Positions 49,347-60,211 of a stretch of 64,000 nucleotides of DNA are shown here, piece by piece. The notes under the pieces are model-generated. The model worked only from the letters and a program-made list of their open reading frames with translations, was not told the origin of the DNA and searched no databases. This DNA comes from Candidatus Evtepia faecavium (GTDB lineage Bacteria > Bacillota > Clostridia > Oscillospirales > Oscillospiraceae), in contig DXDK01000046.1 of NCBI GenBank assembly GCA_019115545.1, positions 39,706-103,705 of the forward strand, given 5' to 3'. Both the position numbers and the translations under genes were made by a program. How positions within the stretch are numbered: position 1 is the first letter of the stretch; each line of letters opens with the position of its first letter.

Positions 49347-49610
49347 ATGCCTGAAAACAGAACTTCTTCCCGTAAGACCAGAGTCGGCCTGGTGGTTTCG
49401 GATAAGATGGACAAGACCGTGGTGGTGGCCATTGCCGACCGTGTGGCCCACCCCCTGTACAAGAAGATCGTCAAGCGGACTTACAAGCTGAAGGCCCATG
49501 ACGAGAACAACACCTGCGGCGTCGGGGACAGAGTGAAGGTCATGGAGACCCGCCCCCTGTCCAAGGATAAGAGATGGCGCGTGGTGGAGATCATCGAAAA
49601 GGCGAAGTAA
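49347..49610 (+). CDS. rpsQ: 30S ribosomal protein S17
   Basis: ...[21 protein letters not shown]...[19 protein letters not shown] is uS17. Confidence 0.97.
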   Translation: MPENRTSSRKTRVGLVVSDKMDKTVVVAIADRVAHPLYKKIVKRTYKLKAHDENNTCGVGDRVKVMETRPLSKDKRWRVVEIIEKAK

Positions 49611-49623
49611 GGAGGTGCCGTAA

Positions 49624-49992
49624 ATGATCCAGCAGGAAACCTATCTGAAGGTGGCGGACAATACCGGCGCCAAGGAAATCAAGACCATCCGCGTGCTGGG
49701 CGGCTCTTCCCGCAAGTACGCGAACATCGGCGACGTGGTGGTGGCTTCCGTGCGGAAGGCTGCCCCCGGCGGCACCGTGAAGAAGGGCGACGTCGTCCGC
49801 GCCGTGGTGGTTCGCTCCGCCAGAGGCGTGCGTCGGGCCGACGGCAGCTACGTCCGCTTCGACGAGAACGCGGCCGTTCTGATCAAGGACGACAAGAACC
49901 CCAGAGGCACCCGTATCTTTGGGCCCGTGGCCCGTGAGCTGCGCGACAAGGATTACATGAAGATCCTGTCCCTGGCTCCCGAAGTACTGTAA
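49624..49992 (+). CDS. rplN: 50S ribosomal protein L14
   Basis: [27 protein letters not shown]... is uL14. Confidence 0.98.
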   Translation: MIQQETYLKVADNTGAKEIKTIRVLGGSSRKYANIGDVVVASVRKAAPGGTVKKGDVVRAVVVRSARGVRRADGSYVRFDENAAVLIKDDKNPRGTRIFGPVARELRDKDYMKILSLAPEVL

Positions 49993-50006
49993 GGGAGGGG
50001 ACTCAG

Positions 50007-50324
50007 ATGATGAACAAAATGAGCATTAAGAAGGACGACACCGTGGTGGTCATCACCGGCAAGGACAAGGGCCAGCGCGGGAAAGTCCTGAAGGTTATCC
50101 CCAAGGAGGGGAAGGTGGTGGTGGAGAAGATCAACATGGTCTCCCGCCACACCCGCCCCCGGAAGCAGGGGGAAGAGGGCGGCATCATCCAGAAGGAAGC
50201 CCCCCTGTACGCCTGCAAGGTGATGCGCGTCTGCCCCAAGTGCGACAAGCCCACCCGCGCCGCCAGCAAGATTGTGGACGGCAAGAAGGTCCGCGTCTGC
50301 AAGCACTGCGGTGCTGAAATCTGA
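50007..50324 (+). CDS. rplX: 50S ribosomal protein L24 (with C-terminal CxxC...CxxC)
   Basis: KKDDTVVVITGKDKGQRGKVLKV is the KOW motif. The C-terminal part contains CPKC-x18-CKHC. Confidence 0.95.
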   Translation: MMNKMSIKKDDTVVVITGKDKGQRGKVLKVIPKEGKVVVEKINMVSRHTRPRKQGEEGGIIQKEAPLYACKVMRVCPKCDKPTRAASKIVDGKKVRVCKHCGAEI

Positions 50325-50342
50325 GAGAGGAGGAGTTAAATC

Positions 50343-50891
50343 ATGTCTGAAATGCCGAACCTGAAAGCAAAGTACAGAGAAGAAGTGGCTCCTGCTCTCA
50401 TGCAGAAGTTCCACTACAAGAGCGTCATGCAGATCCCCCGCATCGACAAGGTCGTGGTGAACGTGGGTTGCGGCGAGGCCCGGGACAATGCCAAGATGCT
50501 GGACGCTGTGGTCCGTGACCTGGGCGTGATCACTGGCCAGAAGGCCATCGTGACCCGCGCCAAGAAGTCCGTGGCCAACTTCAAGGTCCGTGAAGGCATG
50601 CCCATCGGCGCCAAGGTCACCCTGCGTCAGGATAAGATGTGGGAGTTCCTGGACCGCCTGTTCAACGTGGCCCTGCCCCGTGTCCGCGACTTCCGCGGCA
50701 TCAACCCCAACTCCTTTGACGGCCGCGGCAACTATGCCCTGGGCGTGAAAGAGCAGCTGATCTTCCCCGAAATCGAGTACGATCAGATCGACAAGATCCG
50801 TGGCATGGACATCGTCATCTGCACCACCGCGGAAACCGACGAAGAGGCAAGAGAGCTGCTGACCCAGATCGGCGCTCCCTTCGGCAAGTAA
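50343..50891 (+). CDS. rplE: 50S ribosomal protein L5
   Basis: ...[24 protein letters not shown]...RGMDIVI is uL5. Confidence 0.97.
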   Translation: MSEMPNLKAKYREEVAPALMQKFHYKSVMQIPRIDKVVVNVGCGEARDNAKMLDAVVRDLGVITGQKAIVTRAKKSVANFKVREGMPIGAKVTLRQDKMWEFLDRLFNVALPRVRDFRGINPNSFDGRGNYALGVKEQLIFPEIEYDQIDKIRGMDIVICTTAETDEEARELLTQIGAPFGK

Positions 50892-50909
50892 TTAGGAGGA
50901 GAACGAGCA

Positions 50910-51095
50910 ATGGCGAAATTATCCATGAAGCTCAAGCAGAAGGCTGAGCCCAAGTTTTCCACCCGCCGTTACAACCGGTGCAAGATCTGCGGCCGTCCCC
51001 ACGCCTACCTGCGTGACTACGGCATCTGCCGGATCTGCTTCCGGGAGCTGGCTCACAAGGGCCAGATCCCCGGCGTGCGGAAGGCTTCCTGGTAA
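50910..51095 (+). CDS. rpsN: 30S ribosomal protein S14 type Z (zinc-binding form)
   Basis: 61 aa: ...[41 protein letters not shown]. Confidence 0.96.
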   Translation: MAKLSMKLKQKAEPKFSTRRYNRCKICGRPHAYLRDYGICRICFRELAHKGQIPGVRKASW

Positions 51096-51271
51096 GTTGT
51101 ATGGTATAGCCTGACCGGATGCCCCAACCGTCCGGTCGGCTTTCCCATAGTTTTGTCCCCGCGCCTGCGGGGGCCTGTCCCCAGCCAGCGGCAATAGGTC
51201 GGTTCCGGCGAGACCCGATACCTTGCCGCCGATACAGGCCCTGCCTGTAATCTTATAGGAGGTATTACCCT

Positions 51272-51673
51272 ATGCACATTACCGATCCCATTGCGGATAT
51301 GCTCACCCGTATCCGCAACGCGAACAACGCCAAGCATGACACCGTCGACATCCCCGCTTCCAACATGAAGAAGGCCATTGCCCAGATCCTGCTGGACGAG
51401 GGCTACATCAAGGCTTTCCAGCTGGTGGACGACGGCACCCAGGGTGTGATCCACGTGACCCTGAAGTACAACAACCCCGGCAAGGAGAAGGTCATCTCCG
51501 GCCTGCGCCGCGTGTCCAAGCCCGGCCTGCGGGTGTATGCCGGCGCCGATGAGCTGCCCCGCGTCCTCCGCGGCCTGGGTGTTGCCATCGTGTCCACTTC
51601 CAAGGGCATCATGACCGACAAGGCTGCCCGTGCGGCCCACGTCGGCGGCGAAGTCCTGGCATTCGTCTGGTAA
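51272..51673 (+). CDS. rpsH: 30S ribosomal protein S8
   Basis: [22 protein letters not shown]... is uS8. SD AGGAGG lies upstream. Confidence 0.98.
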   Translation: MHITDPIADMLTRIRNANNAKHDTVDIPASNMKKAIAQILLDEGYIKAFQLVDDGTQGVIHVTLKYNNPGKEKVISGLRRVSKPGLRVYAGADELPRVLRGLGVAIVSTSKGIMTDKAARAAHVGGEVLAFVW

Positions 51674-51688
51674 GGAGGAGAGATAACT

Positions 51689-52234
51689 ATGTCGAGAATC
51701 GGTAGAGCGCCCATCTCTCTCCCCAGCAATGTGGAAGTGACTCTGGGCGAAGGCAATCTGGTCACCGTCAAGGGCCCCAAGGGCACCCTGACCCAGAAGC
51801 TCAGCGAAAAGATGACCCTGACCCAGGAGGGGAACGTCATCCACGTGACCCGCCCCAACGATGAAAAGGAAAACCGTGCCCTTCATGGCCTGACCCGCAC
51901 CCTGCTCAACAACATGGTGGTGGGCGTGACCGAGGGTTACAAGAAGGAGCTGGACGTCAACGGCGTCGGCTACCGTGTGGCCAAGGAAGGCAAGAAGCTG
52001 ACCATGAACATCGGCTACTCCCACCCTGTGGTGATGGAGGAGACCGACGGCATCACCATCGAGGTCCCCAGCCCCAACAAGATCATCATCAGCGGCACCG
52101 ACAAGCAGAAGGTCGGCCAGTTCGCCGCCGAGGTGAGAGGGAAGCGGCCCCCGGAACCCTACAAGGGCAAGGGCATCAAGTATACTGACGAGGTCATCCG
52201 CCGCAAGGAAGGCAAGACCGGCGTGAAGAAGTAA
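51689..52234 (+). CDS. rplF: 50S ribosomal protein L6
   Basis: [32 protein letters not shown] is uL6. Confidence 0.97.
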   Translation: MSRIGRAPISLPSNVEVTLGEGNLVTVKGPKGTLTQKLSEKMTLTQEGNVIHVTRPNDEKENRALHGLTRTLLNNMVVGVTEGYKKELDVNGVGYRVAKEGKKLTMNIGYSHPVVMEETDGITIEVPSPNKIIISGTDKQKVGQFAAEVRGKRPPEPYKGKGIKYTDEVIRRKEGKTGVKK

Positions 52235-52251
52235 GAAAGAGGTGTGCCTAA

Positions 52252-52611
52252 ATGATTAAGAGACCCAATACCAACGCTCAGCGTCAGAAGCGTCATACCC
52301 GCGTTCGTGGGAAAGTCTCCGGCACATCCGAGAGACCCCGTCTGAACGTGTTCCGCAGCGGGACCAACATCTACGCCCAGATCATCGACGATGTGAAGGG
52401 CACCACCCTGGTCTCCGCTTCCTCCCTGGAAAAGGGATTTGAGGGCCGCGGCAACAACTGCGAAGCCGCCGCCAAGGTGGGCGAAGCCATCGGCCAGCGG
52501 GCCAAGGACAAGGGCATCGACACCGTGGTCTTCGACCGCGGCGGCTACCTGTACCACGGCCGGGTGAAGGCCCTGGCAGAGGGCGCCCGCAAGGCCGGCC
52601 TGGAATTTTAA
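52252..52611 (+). CDS. rplR: 50S ribosomal protein L18
   Basis: ...[23 protein letters not shown]...[20 protein letters not shown] is uL18. Confidence 0.97.
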   Translation: MIKRPNTNAQRQKRHTRVRGKVSGTSERPRLNVFRSGTNIYAQIIDDVKGTTLVSASSLEKGFEGRGNNCEAAAKVGEAIGQRAKDKGIDTVVFDRGGYLYHGRVKALAEGARKAGLEF

Positions 52612-52629
52612 AGGGAGGAGGAAACGAAA

Positions 52630-53130
52630 ATGCCTAGATTTGAAAGAGAACCCAGCGAGTATGTGGAAAAAGTCGTTTCCCTGAACCGTGTCTCCAAGAC
52701 CGTCAAGGGCGGCCGCGTGATGAAATTCTCCGCGCTGGTCGTCGTGGGCGACGAAAAGGGCAAGGTCGGCTTCGGCCTGGGCAAGGCTGCCGAGGTCCCC
52801 GAGGCCATCCGCAAGGGTCTGGAAGCCGCCAAGAAGAACATGTTTACCATCACCCTCTCCGGCACCACCATTCCCCATGAGGTGATCGGCGAGTTCGGCG
52901 CCGGCCGCGTGCTGATGAAGCCCGCTGCCCCCGGTACCGGCGTTATCGCTGGCGGCCCCGTCCGTGCTGTGCTGGAGGCTGCCGGTATCAAAGATATTCG
53001 TACCAAGTGCCTGCGCTCCAACAACCCCCAGAACGTGGTCTCCGCCACCATGGAGGGCCTGAAGTCCCTGCGTGGTCCTGAGGCTGTGGCCCGGATCCGG
53101 GGCAAGAGCGTGGAAGAGATCGTGGGCTAA
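52630..53130 (+). CDS. rpsE: 30S ribosomal protein S5
   Basis: ...[27 protein letters not shown]...[13 protein letters not shown] is uS5. Confidence 0.97.
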   Translation: MPRFEREPSEYVEKVVSLNRVSKTVKGGRVMKFSALVVVGDEKGKVGFGLGKAAEVPEAIRKGLEAAKKNMFTITLSGTTIPHEVIGEFGAGRVLMKPAAPGTGVIAGGPVRAVLEAAGIKDIRTKCLRSNNPQNVVSATMEGLKSLRGPEAVARIRGKSVEEIVG

Positions 53131-53145
53131 GGAGGTCTTTGAACA

Positions 53146-53328
53146 ATGGCGAAACTGAACATTAAGCTCGTCAAGAGCCTCAATGGCCGGATTGCAAAGC
53201 ATAAGGCCACCGCGGAAGCCCTCGGCCTGCGCAAGATCGGCGACACCACCGTGCAGCCCGACAATGCTGCCACCCGGGGCAAGATCGCCCACATCGGTTA
53301 CCTGATCCAGGTCACCGAGGAACAGTAA
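53146..53328 (+). CDS. rpmD: 50S ribosomal protein L30
   Basis: [34 protein letters not shown] is uL30. Confidence 0.95.
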   Translation: MAKLNIKLVKSLNGRIAKHKATAEALGLRKIGDTTVQPDNAATRGKIAHIGYLIQVTEEQ

Positions 53329-53341
53329 GGAGGTGCGCGAC

Positions 53342-53782
53342 ATGAAACTGCATGAACTTTCTCCCGTGCCCGGCTCCAACCAGAAGGCCTATCGCAAGGG
53401 CCGCGGCAACGGTTCCGGCAACGGCAAGACGGCCGGCCGCGGCCAGAAGGGCCAGTGGGCCCGTTCCGGCGGCGGGGTCCGGGTTGGTTTCGAAGGCGGC
53501 CAGATGCCTCTGGCCCGCCGGGTCCCCAAGAGAGGTTTCAACAACATCTTTGCCAAGCCCCTGGAGGCCGTGAACGTCTCCGCCCTGGAGAAGTTTGAGG
53601 ACGGGGCCGTGGTCAACGCCTGCGACCTGCTGGAGAAGGGCATCCTCTCCCAGTGCAAGTACGGGGTGAAGATCCTGGGCGAAGGCACCCTCTCCAAGAA
53701 GCTGACTGTGCGGGCCAATGCCTTCTCCGCCTCTGCGAAGGCCAAAATTGAAGAGGCAGGCGGGAAGGCTGAGGTGGTCTGA
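53342..53782 (+). CDS. rplO: 50S ribosomal protein L15
   Basis: [34 protein letters not shown] is uL15. The ATG sits 8 nt after AAGGAGG. The track start at 53333 is a GTG inside the SD. Confidence 0.95.
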   Translation: MKLHELSPVPGSNQKAYRKGRGNGSGNGKTAGRGQKGQWARSGGGVRVGFEGGQMPLARRVPKRGFNNIFAKPLEAVNVSALEKFEDGAVVNACDLLEKGILSQCKYGVKILGEGTLSKKLTVRANAFSASAKAKIEEAGGKAEVV

Positions 53783-55122
53783 TGTTTAAGACCATCCGCA
53801 ACGCGTGGAAGCTGCCGGAGCTGCGCCGCAAGCTCCTGTTCGTCATCTTCGCGCTGCTGATCTTCCGCGTCGGCGCGGCGATCCCGGTGCCGTACATCAA
53901 CACCGAGTATCTCCAAGATTATATCGCGGCAAACTCCGGGACGATCTTCGGCCTGCTCAACACGTTGAGTGGTTCGGCTCTGTCCCAGGCGACGCTGTTC
54001 GCTCTGTCCATCCAGCCCTATATCAACGCCTCCATCATCATCCAGCTGCTGACCATCGCTATCCCGGCCCTGGAGCGGCTGGCCAAGGACGGCGGCGAAG
54101 AGGGCAAGAAGAAGATCCAGTCCATCACCCGGTACACCACCCTGGCCATCGGCCTGCTGCAGGGCTTTGGGTACTACACCCTGATCCGCAGCTACGGCCT
54201 GCTGACCAACGAGGGTATCTGGGCTGCCATCGTGGTTGTTGTCTCCTTCACCGCCGGTGCGGTCTTCCTCATGTGGTTGGGAGAACAGATCACCGAGTTC
54301 GGCGTGGGCAACGGTATCTCGATCATCCTGTTTACCGGTATCGTCTCCCGCGTGCCCAGCATGATCAGCACCCTGGTCTCTGGCGTGCGCAACTGGAGCG
54401 CCAACCTGGACACCTCCGGCTGGACGGAGTCTCAGCTGGCCAGCACCCCCATCATGAACCCCGGCATTGCCGTGCTCCTGGTGGTGGGCATGCTGCTGCT
54501 CATCGTCTTTATCGTATTCATCACCAACTCTGAGCGTCGTGTGCCTGTTCAGTACGCCAAGCGCGTGGTGGGCCGGAAGATGTACGGTGGTCAGTCCACC
54601 CACATCCCCATCAAGGTCAACCTCAGCGGCGTGCTGCCCATCATCTTCGCCCAGTCCATCGCCATGATCCCCGCCACCATTGGCATGTTTGTGCCCTCCT
54701 CCCAGCAGGACGGCACGGCGTGGAACACCTTCCTTTCGGTGTTCAACTCCACCAGTGTCCTGTACGCGGTGATCTACTTCCTGCTGATCATCATGTTCAG
54801 CTACTTCTACGCTACCATCCAGTTCAACCCCGTGGAGGTAGCCAACAACCTGAAGAAGAACGGCGGCTTCATTCCCGGGTTCCGGCCCGGCCGGCCCACG
54901 GCGGAGTTCCTGGCCAAGGTCCTCTCCCGCCTGACCTTCTTCGGCGCCATTTACCTGGGTATTGTCGCCATCCTGCCTATCATCGCGGAAAACATTTCCG
55001 GCATCGTGAACATCTCCATCGGTGGTACTTCCGTCATCATCGTGGTGGGCGTCGCCCTGGAGACCGTGAAGATGATCGAGGCGCAGATGCTCATGCGGCA
55101 CTACAAGGGCTTCCTGGAATGA
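53782..55122 (+). CDS. secY: Preprotein translocase subunit SecY
   Basis: 446-aa polytopic protein ...[27 protein letters not shown]...[15 protein letters not shown]. It overlaps the rplO stop (TGATG). Confidence 0.98.
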   Translation: MFKTIRNAWKLPELRRKLLFVIFALLIFRVGAAIPVPYINTEYLQDYIAANSGTIFGLLNTLSGSALSQATLFALSIQPYINASIIIQLLTIAIPALERLAKDGGEEGKKKIQSITRYTTLAIGLLQGFGYYTLIRSYGLLTNEGIWAAIVVVVSFTAGAVFLMWLGEQITEFGVGNGISIILFTGIVSRVPSMISTLVSGVRNWSANLDTSGWTESQLASTPIMNPGIAVLLVVGMLLLIVFIVFITNSERRVPVQYAKRVVGRKMYGGQSTHIPIKVNLSGVLPIIFAQSIAMIPATIGMFVPSSQQDGTAWNTFLSVFNSTSVLYAVIYFLLIIMFSYFYATIQFNPVEVANNLKKNGGFIPGFRPGRPTAEFLAKVLSRLTFFGAIYLGIVAILPIIAENISGIVNISIGGTSVIIVVGVALETVKMIEAQMLMRHYKGFLE

Positions 55123-55135
55123 GAGGTATGAGAGT

Positions 55136-55768
55136 ATGAAACTGATCCTTTTGGGCCCTCCGGGCGCCGGAAAAGGCACCCAGGCTGAGATCCTGTGCAA
55201 GAAACTGAACATTCCCACCATCTCCACCGGCAACATCCTCCGGGCTGCCGTGAAAAACGGCACCCCGGTGGGTCTGAAGGCCAAGGAGTATATGGACGCT
55301 GGCAAGCTGGTTCCCGATGAAGTCATCATCGGCGTGATCTCCGAGCGCCTGGCCGAGGCAGACTGCCAGAACGGCTTCATCCTCGACGGGGTGCCCCGCA
55401 CCATTCCCCAGGCGGAAGCCCTGGAGAAGGCGGGCATCTCCTTCGACGCCGTGGTCTCCATCGAGATCTCCGACGAGGAGATCGTGGAGCGTATGGCAGG
55501 CCGCCGGGTGTGCGCCGCCTGCGGTGCCCCCTACCACGTGAAGAACATGCCCCCCAAAGTGGAGGGCGTGTGCGACGCCTGCGGCGGCAAGCTGGAGGCC
55601 CGGGCCGACGACAAGCCTGAGGTGGTCCGTGACAGACTCTCCGTCTATCACAAGGAGACCGCCCCGCTGAAGGATTTCTACGCAGCGAGAAACCTGCTGA
55701 AAACCGTAGACAATCAGCCCACCGTGGCTGAGACGACGACTGCGATTCTCAACGCACTGGGGCTTTAA
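55136..55768 (+). CDS. adk: Adenylate kinase
   Basis: [17 protein letters not shown]... with a zinc lid CAACG...CDACGG. Confidence 0.98.
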   Translation: MKLILLGPPGAGKGTQAEILCKKLNIPTISTGNILRAAVKNGTPVGLKAKEYMDAGKLVPDEVIIGVISERLAEADCQNGFILDGVPRTIPQAEALEKAGISFDAVVSIEISDEEIVERMAGRRVCAACGAPYHVKNMPPKVEGVCDACGGKLEARADDKPEVVRDRLSVYHKETAPLKDFYAARNLLKTVDNQPTVAETTTAILNALGL

Positions 55769-55771
55769 GTC

Positions 55772-56551
55772 ATGATTTCCTTAAAGTCACCCAGAGATAT
55801 TGAGGGGATGCGCCGCGCGGGACAAATTACTGCGGCGGCCCGTGCGCTGGCGGGCAAAATGGTACGTCCCGGCGTAACCACTCTGGAGATAGATACTGCA
55901 GTTCGCAAATTCATCGAAGGGCAGGGGGCCATCCCCTCGTTCCTGCACTTCCCGGGCCCGCCCGGGGTGCAGGATTTCCCGGGGGCCGCCTGCATTTCGG
56001 TGAACGACGAGGTCATCCACGGGATCCCCAGCAACCAGGTCCTGAAGGAAGGCGACATCGTCAGTGTGGATGTGGGCGCCTATATCGGCGGCTTTCACGG
56101 TGACTGCGCGGCCACATTTCCCTGCGGAAAGGTCAGCGACGAGGCGGCAAAGCTCATTGCCGTCACGGAGCAGTCCTTCTGGGAGGGGATGAAGTTCGCC
56201 CGCTTCGGTTACCGGGTGTCTGACATTTCCCACGCCGTGCAGAAGTACGTGGAAGAAAACGGCTTCTCGGTGGTGCGGGACTATGTGGGCCACGGCGTGG
56301 GCGCCAACCTCCACGAAGCTCCGGAAGTTCCCAACTATGGCAAACCCGGCCACGGCCCCCGGCTTGCTCCCGGGATGACCCTGGCAGTGGAGCCCATGGT
56401 GAACCAAGGAGACTGGCGGATCAAGGTGATGCGGGACGGCTGGACCGTTCGGACCGCCGACGGATCCCTCTCCGCCCACTACGAGAACTCAATCCTCATT
56501 ACCAAGGGTGAGCCGGAAATCCTCACCCAGGTGGGGGACCTGCGCGTATGA
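55772..56551 (+). CDS. map: Type I methionine aminopeptidase
   Basis: ...DIVSVDVGAYIGGFHGD...VGHGVG...LAVEPM...HYENSI is the MetAP1 metal-ligand pattern. Confidence 0.97.
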   Translation: MISLKSPRDIEGMRRAGQITAAARALAGKMVRPGVTTLEIDTAVRKFIEGQGAIPSFLHFPGPPGVQDFPGAACISVNDEVIHGIPSNQVLKEGDIVSVDVGAYIGGFHGDCAATFPCGKVSDEAAKLIAVTEQSFWEGMKFARFGYRVSDISHAVQKYVEENGFSVVRDYVGHGVGANLHEAPEVPNYGKPGHGPRLAPGMTLAVEPMVNQGDWRIKVMRDGWTVRTADGSLSAHYENSILITKGEPEILTQVGDLRV

Positions 56552-56832
56552 CGTTTCTGCGAGGAGACGTGGTACGGTCCGCTGCCGGCCACGACAGGGG
56601 AGACCTTTTCCTGATACTCCGGGAGGAGGGGGACTTTGTGTGGCTGGTGGACGGGAAACGCAGAAAACTTGAGACTCCTAAGAAAAAACGGCGAAAGCAC
56701 GTTGTTTCCGCGGGGGTCTGGACGCACCCGGTCGCCGGCCGTCTGCAAAACGGCGAGCCGGTGCTGGACAGTGAGATCAGAAGGGCGCTGGCCGCCTTTC
56801 GGAATCGATTCAGCGAGACGAAGGAGGAATGA
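56548..56832 (+). CDS. Small KOW-like domain protein of unknown function
   Basis: 94 aa: MTFLRGDVVRSAAGHDRGDLFLILREEGDFVWLVDGKRRKLETPKKKRRKH... It has an ATGA overlap with map and lies between map and infA. Confidence 0.7.
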   Translation: MTFLRGDVVRSAAGHDRGDLFLILREEGDFVWLVDGKRRKLETPKKKRRKHVVSAGVWTHPVAGRLQNGEPVLDSEIRRALAAFRNRFSETKEE

Positions 56833-56835
56833 CGC

Positions 56836-57063
56836 TTGGCAAAAAGCGACATGATCGAGCTGGAAGGGACCGTGGTAGAAGCCCTGCCCAACACGACGTT
56901 CCGGGTTGACATCGGCAACGACCACGTGATTCTGGCTCACATTTCCGGAAAGCTCAGGATGAACTTCATCCGTATCCTGCCGGGTGACAAGGTAACCGTC
57001 CAGATCTCCCCGTATGATCTGACGCGTGGTCGGATCACCTGGCGAAGCAAATCCACCAAGTAA
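56836..57063 (+). CDS. infA: Translation initiation factor IF-1
   Basis: (TTG)[69 protein letters not shown]. The TTG start sits 8 nt after AAGGAGG. Confidence 0.96.
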   Translation: MAKSDMIELEGTVVEALPNTTFRVDIGNDHVILAHISGKLRMNFIRILPGDKVTVQISPYDLTRGRITWRSKSTK

Positions 57064-57092
57064 AGCAACAGGCTTACAGGAGGTAGAAAGTC

Positions 57093-57206
57093 ATGAAAGT
57101 AAGACCGTCCGTCAAGCCCATGTGCGAAAAGTGCAAGATCATCAAGCGCAAGGGCAAAGTTATGGTCATTTGCGAGAACCCCAAGCATAAGCAGAGACAA
57201 GGTTAA
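57093..57206 (+). CDS. rpmJ: 50S ribosomal protein L36
   Basis: Not in the ORF track (37 aa). The ATG follows [44 protein letters not shown] is the zinc-binding CxxC...C...H form. Confidence 0.95.
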   Translation: MKVRPSVKPMCEKCKIIKRKGKVMVICENPKHKQRQG

Positions 57207-57227
57207 AGAAGGAGGCGCGGAAGAAGT

Positions 57228-57596
57228 ATGGCAAGAATTTCCGGCGTTGACCTGCCGAAGAATAAGAGAATTGAGATTGCCCTCACCTATATCTATGGGA
57301 TCGGCCGCACCAGCGCCAACAAGATCCTGGAAGCCACGGGCATCAACCCCGACACCCGTGTGAAGGACCTCACCGAGCAGGACGAGGCTGCCCTGCGCGA
57401 GGTCATTGGCCGCGATTACATTGTGGAAGGCGACCTGCGCCGCAACGTGGCCATGGACGTCAAGCGCCTGACCGAGATCGGCTGCTACCGCGGCCTGCGC
57501 CACCGCAAGGGCCTGCCCGTGCGTGGCCAGCGGTCCAAGACCAACGCGCGCACCCGGAAGGGTCCCAAGCGCACGGTTGCCAATAAGAAGAAGTAA
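57228..57596 (+). CDS. rpsM: 30S ribosomal protein S13
   Basis: [26 protein letters not shown] is uS13. Confidence 0.98.
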   Translation: MARISGVDLPKNKRIEIALTYIYGIGRTSANKILEATGINPDTRVKDLTEQDEAALREVIGRDYIVEGDLRRNVAMDVKRLTEIGCYRGLRHRKGLPVRGQRSKTNARTRKGPKRTVANKKK

Positions 57597-57613
57597 GGGA
57601 GGGAAGAATCGCT

Positions 57614-58012
57614 ATGGCTAACCCCAAGAAGAAGGTCGTCAGAAGACGCCGTGAACGCAAGAACATTGAGAAGGGCGCGGTCCATATCCGCTCTTCCTTC
57701 AACAACACCATGGTCACTGTGACTGACACCAACGGCAACGCCCTGTCCTGGGCCTCCGCCGGCGGGCTGGGTTTCCGCGGCTCCAGAAAGTCCACCCCCT
57801 ACGCCGCCCAGACCGCTGCTGAGACCGCTGCCAAGGCCGCCATCGAGGCCTGCGGGCTCAAGAGCGTCGAGGTGTTCGTGAAGGGGCCCGGCTCCGGCCG
57901 TGAGGCCGCCATCCGCGCCCTGCAGGCCGTGGGTCTGGAAGTCACCATGATCAAGGACGTGACTCCCATTCCTCACAACGGATGCCGTCCCCCCAAGAGA
58001 CGCCGCGTCTGA
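57614..58012 (+). CDS. rpsK: 30S ribosomal protein S11
   Basis: ...[30 protein letters not shown]...[18 protein letters not shown] is uS11. Confidence 0.98.
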   Translation: MANPKKKVVRRRRERKNIEKGAVHIRSSFNNTMVTVTDTNGNALSWASAGGLGFRGSRKSTPYAAQTAAETAAKAAIEACGLKSVEVFVKGPGSGREAAIRALQAVGLEVTMIKDVTPIPHNGCRPPKRRRV

Positions 58013-58036
58013 TCGAAGGAAAGGAGAACAGCAACT

Positions 58037-58639
58037 ATGGCAAAAAACACACAGCCGATCGCCAAGCGCTGCAAGGCGCTGGGCATTTCTCCTACCGTTA
58101 TGGGCTACAGCAAGAAGGAGACCAACCGTAACCCCGGCGGTCAGATGAGAAAAAAGAAGAGCGAGTATGCGATGCAGCTGGCCGAAAAGCAGAAGGTCAA
58201 GTTTGTCTACGGCATCCTGGAGAAGCAGTTCCGCTCCTACTACGAGAAGGCTTCCCGGATGCCCGGCAAGACCGGTGAAAACCTGCTGGTCCTGGTGGAG
58301 CGCCGCCTGGACAACGTGGTCTATCGCCTGGGCTTCGCCATGACCCGCCGGGAGGCCCGGCAGCTGGTCAACCACGGCCACTTTACCGTCAACGGCAAGA
58401 AGGTGAACATCCCCTCCTTCCTGGTCAAGCCCGGCGACGTGGTGGAAGTGGCGGAGAAGAGCCGCGCTTCCGTGAAGTTCAAGAGACTCACCGGCGAGGA
58501 CGCCATCATGGTCACCCTGCCCCAGTGGCTGGAGCGGGAGAAGAACACCCTCAAGGGTACCGTGACCAAGATGCCCGCCCGGGAGGACATCGATATGCCC
58601 ATTGAGGAGCACCTCATCGTCGAGTTGTACTCCAAGTAA
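58037..58639 (+). CDS. rpsD: 30S ribosomal protein S4
   Basis: ...[22 protein letters not shown]...[26 protein letters not shown] is uS4. Confidence 0.97.
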   Translation: MAKNTQPIAKRCKALGISPTVMGYSKKETNRNPGGQMRKKKSEYAMQLAEKQKVKFVYGILEKQFRSYYEKASRMPGKTGENLLVLVERRLDNVVYRLGFAMTRREARQLVNHGHFTVNGKKVNIPSFLVKPGDVVEVAEKSRASVKFKRLTGEDAIMVTLPQWLEREKNTLKGTVTKMPAREDIDMPIEEHLIVELYSK

Positions 58640-58716
58640 TACGCTACCCTCGGCAGGAAAACGGAATGACGATACGGCGGGCAGCCCGCCCGCCGACGCA
58701 AGAAGGAGGGTAACAA

Positions 58717-59664
58717 ATGGTAGAAATCGAAAAGCCGCGCATCGAATGCATCGAGAAGCCGGGAGACAATTCCTACGGAAAGTGCATCGTCGAGCCTTTG
58801 GAGCGCGGCTATGGCACCACGTTAGGCAACTCTCTTCGCCGGATTCTGCTGTCCTCTCTGCCCGGAACTGCAGTCACCAGCATCAAGATTGCAGGGGTAC
58901 AACATGAGTTCAGCTCGATCCCCGGTGTGAAAGAGGACGTGACTGAGATCGTCCTGAACGTCAAGGGCATCATCGCCAAGCTGTACAGCGAGGGCACCAA
59001 GACCGTGTACATCGAAGCCTCCGGCGAGGGGGTGGTCACGGCCGGTGACATCAAGGCCGACAGCGAGGTGGAGATCCTCAACCCCGAGCACCCCATTGCA
59101 ACCCTGGGTCCGGAGGCCGTGCTGAACATGGAACTGACCCTCTCTCACGGGAGAGGTTATGTGCCTGCGGAGCGCAACAAGACCCCCCAGACCGTGATCG
59201 GCGTCATCCCGGTGGACTCGGTCTACACACCGGTGAAAAAGGTCAACTACACCGTGGAGAACACCCGCGTGAAGGATTTGACCGACTTTGACAAGCTGAC
59301 CCTGGAGGTCTGGACCGACGGGACCATTGCCGCCCGGGACGCGGTGTCCCTGGGCGCCCGCATCCTCTGCGACCACTTTATGCTCTTTACAGATCTCAGC
59401 GAGACCATGGGCAACAAGTCCACGGTGGTGGAGAAATCTCCCGACATCCGCGACAAGGTGCTGGAGATGACCATCGAGGAGCTGGATCTGTCGGTCAGAA
59501 GCTTCAACTGCCTCAAGCGCGCCAACATCAACACCGTGGAGGACCTGATCTCCAAGACGGAGGACGAGATGATGAAGGTGCGCAACCTGGGCCGGAAGTC
59601 TCTGGAAGAAGTTATCAACAAACTGGCCATGATGGGACTGTCCCTGGCCAGCGAAGACAATTGA
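58717..59664 (+). CDS. rpoA: DNA-directed RNA polymerase alpha subunit
   Basis: ...[30 protein letters not shown]...[17 protein letters not shown] is RpoA with NTD and CTD. Confidence 0.98.
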   Translation: MVEIEKPRIECIEKPGDNSYGKCIVEPLERGYGTTLGNSLRRILLSSLPGTAVTSIKIAGVQHEFSSIPGVKEDVTEIVLNVKGIIAKLYSEGTKTVYIEASGEGVVTAGDIKADSEVEILNPEHPIATLGPEAVLNMELTLSHGRGYVPAERNKTPQTVIGVIPVDSVYTPVKKVNYTVENTRVKDLTDFDKLTLEVWTDGTIAARDAVSLGARILCDHFMLFTDLSETMGNKSTVVEKSPDIRDKVLEMTIEELDLSVRSFNCLKRANINTVEDLISKTEDEMMKVRNLGRKSLEEVINKLAMMGLSLASEDN

Positions 59665-59715
59665 CCCGAGGTTCGGCCCGGCCGAACCATCAATACCGAA
59701 GGGAGTGGAACCAAC

Positions 59716-60057
59716 ATGTCCGGTAATCGCAAGCTTGGCAAGCGGACCGACCAGCGGAAGGCTATGCTCCGCGCTATGGTGACCTATCTGCTGGAGCACG
59801 GCCAGATCAAGACCACCCTGGCCCGCGCCAAGGAGGTGGCTCCTCTGGCAGAGAAGATGATCACCCTGTCTAAGAGAAACGACCTGCCTGCCTACCGTCA
59901 GGCTCTGGCCTTCATCACCAAGGAGGACGTGGCCCACAAGCTGTTCACCGAGATGAACCAGAAGTACATGAGCCGTGACGGCGGCTATACCCGGATCGTG
60001 CGCATGGGCCCCCGCCGGGGCGATGCGGCCGAGATGGCCATCATCCAGCTGGTGTAA
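59716..60057 (+). CDS. rplQ: 50S ribosomal protein L17
   Basis: [40 protein letters not shown] is bL17. Confidence 0.97.
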   Translation: MSGNRKLGKRTDQRKAMLRAMVTYLLEHGQIKTTLARAKEVAPLAEKMITLSKRNDLPAYRQALAFITKEDVAHKLFTEMNQKYMSRDGGYTRIVRMGPRRGDAAEMAIIQLV

Positions 60058-60079
60058 TCCAGGCGTTTGGAACAGTGAC

Positions 60080-60113
60080 AAAAGCCCCGCTGCCGCAGTG
60101 CAGCGGGGCTTTT
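60080..60113 (+). terminator. Intrinsic terminator of the alpha operon
   Basis: AAAAGCCCCGCTG-CCGCAGTG-CAGCGGGGCTTTT. Confidence 0.85.
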
Positions 60114-60211
60114 GCGCGTGGAAGGGACGGAGTGCTCCGGTTGCGTCCCGGGGGAATTTATGGTACAATGCCCAAAGAGTAATTTTGTGAAAGGAAGGGT
60201 GAAATCCCGCC

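Noticed and set aside
58640-58716. GC hairpin CGGCGGGC-AGCCC-GCCCGCCG between rpsD and rpoA, considered as an internal terminator
   Set aside because: It has no U tract, and rpoA must be co-transcribed with the preceding genes. It is more likely a stabilising or processing stem. The evidence is too thin to report as a feature.
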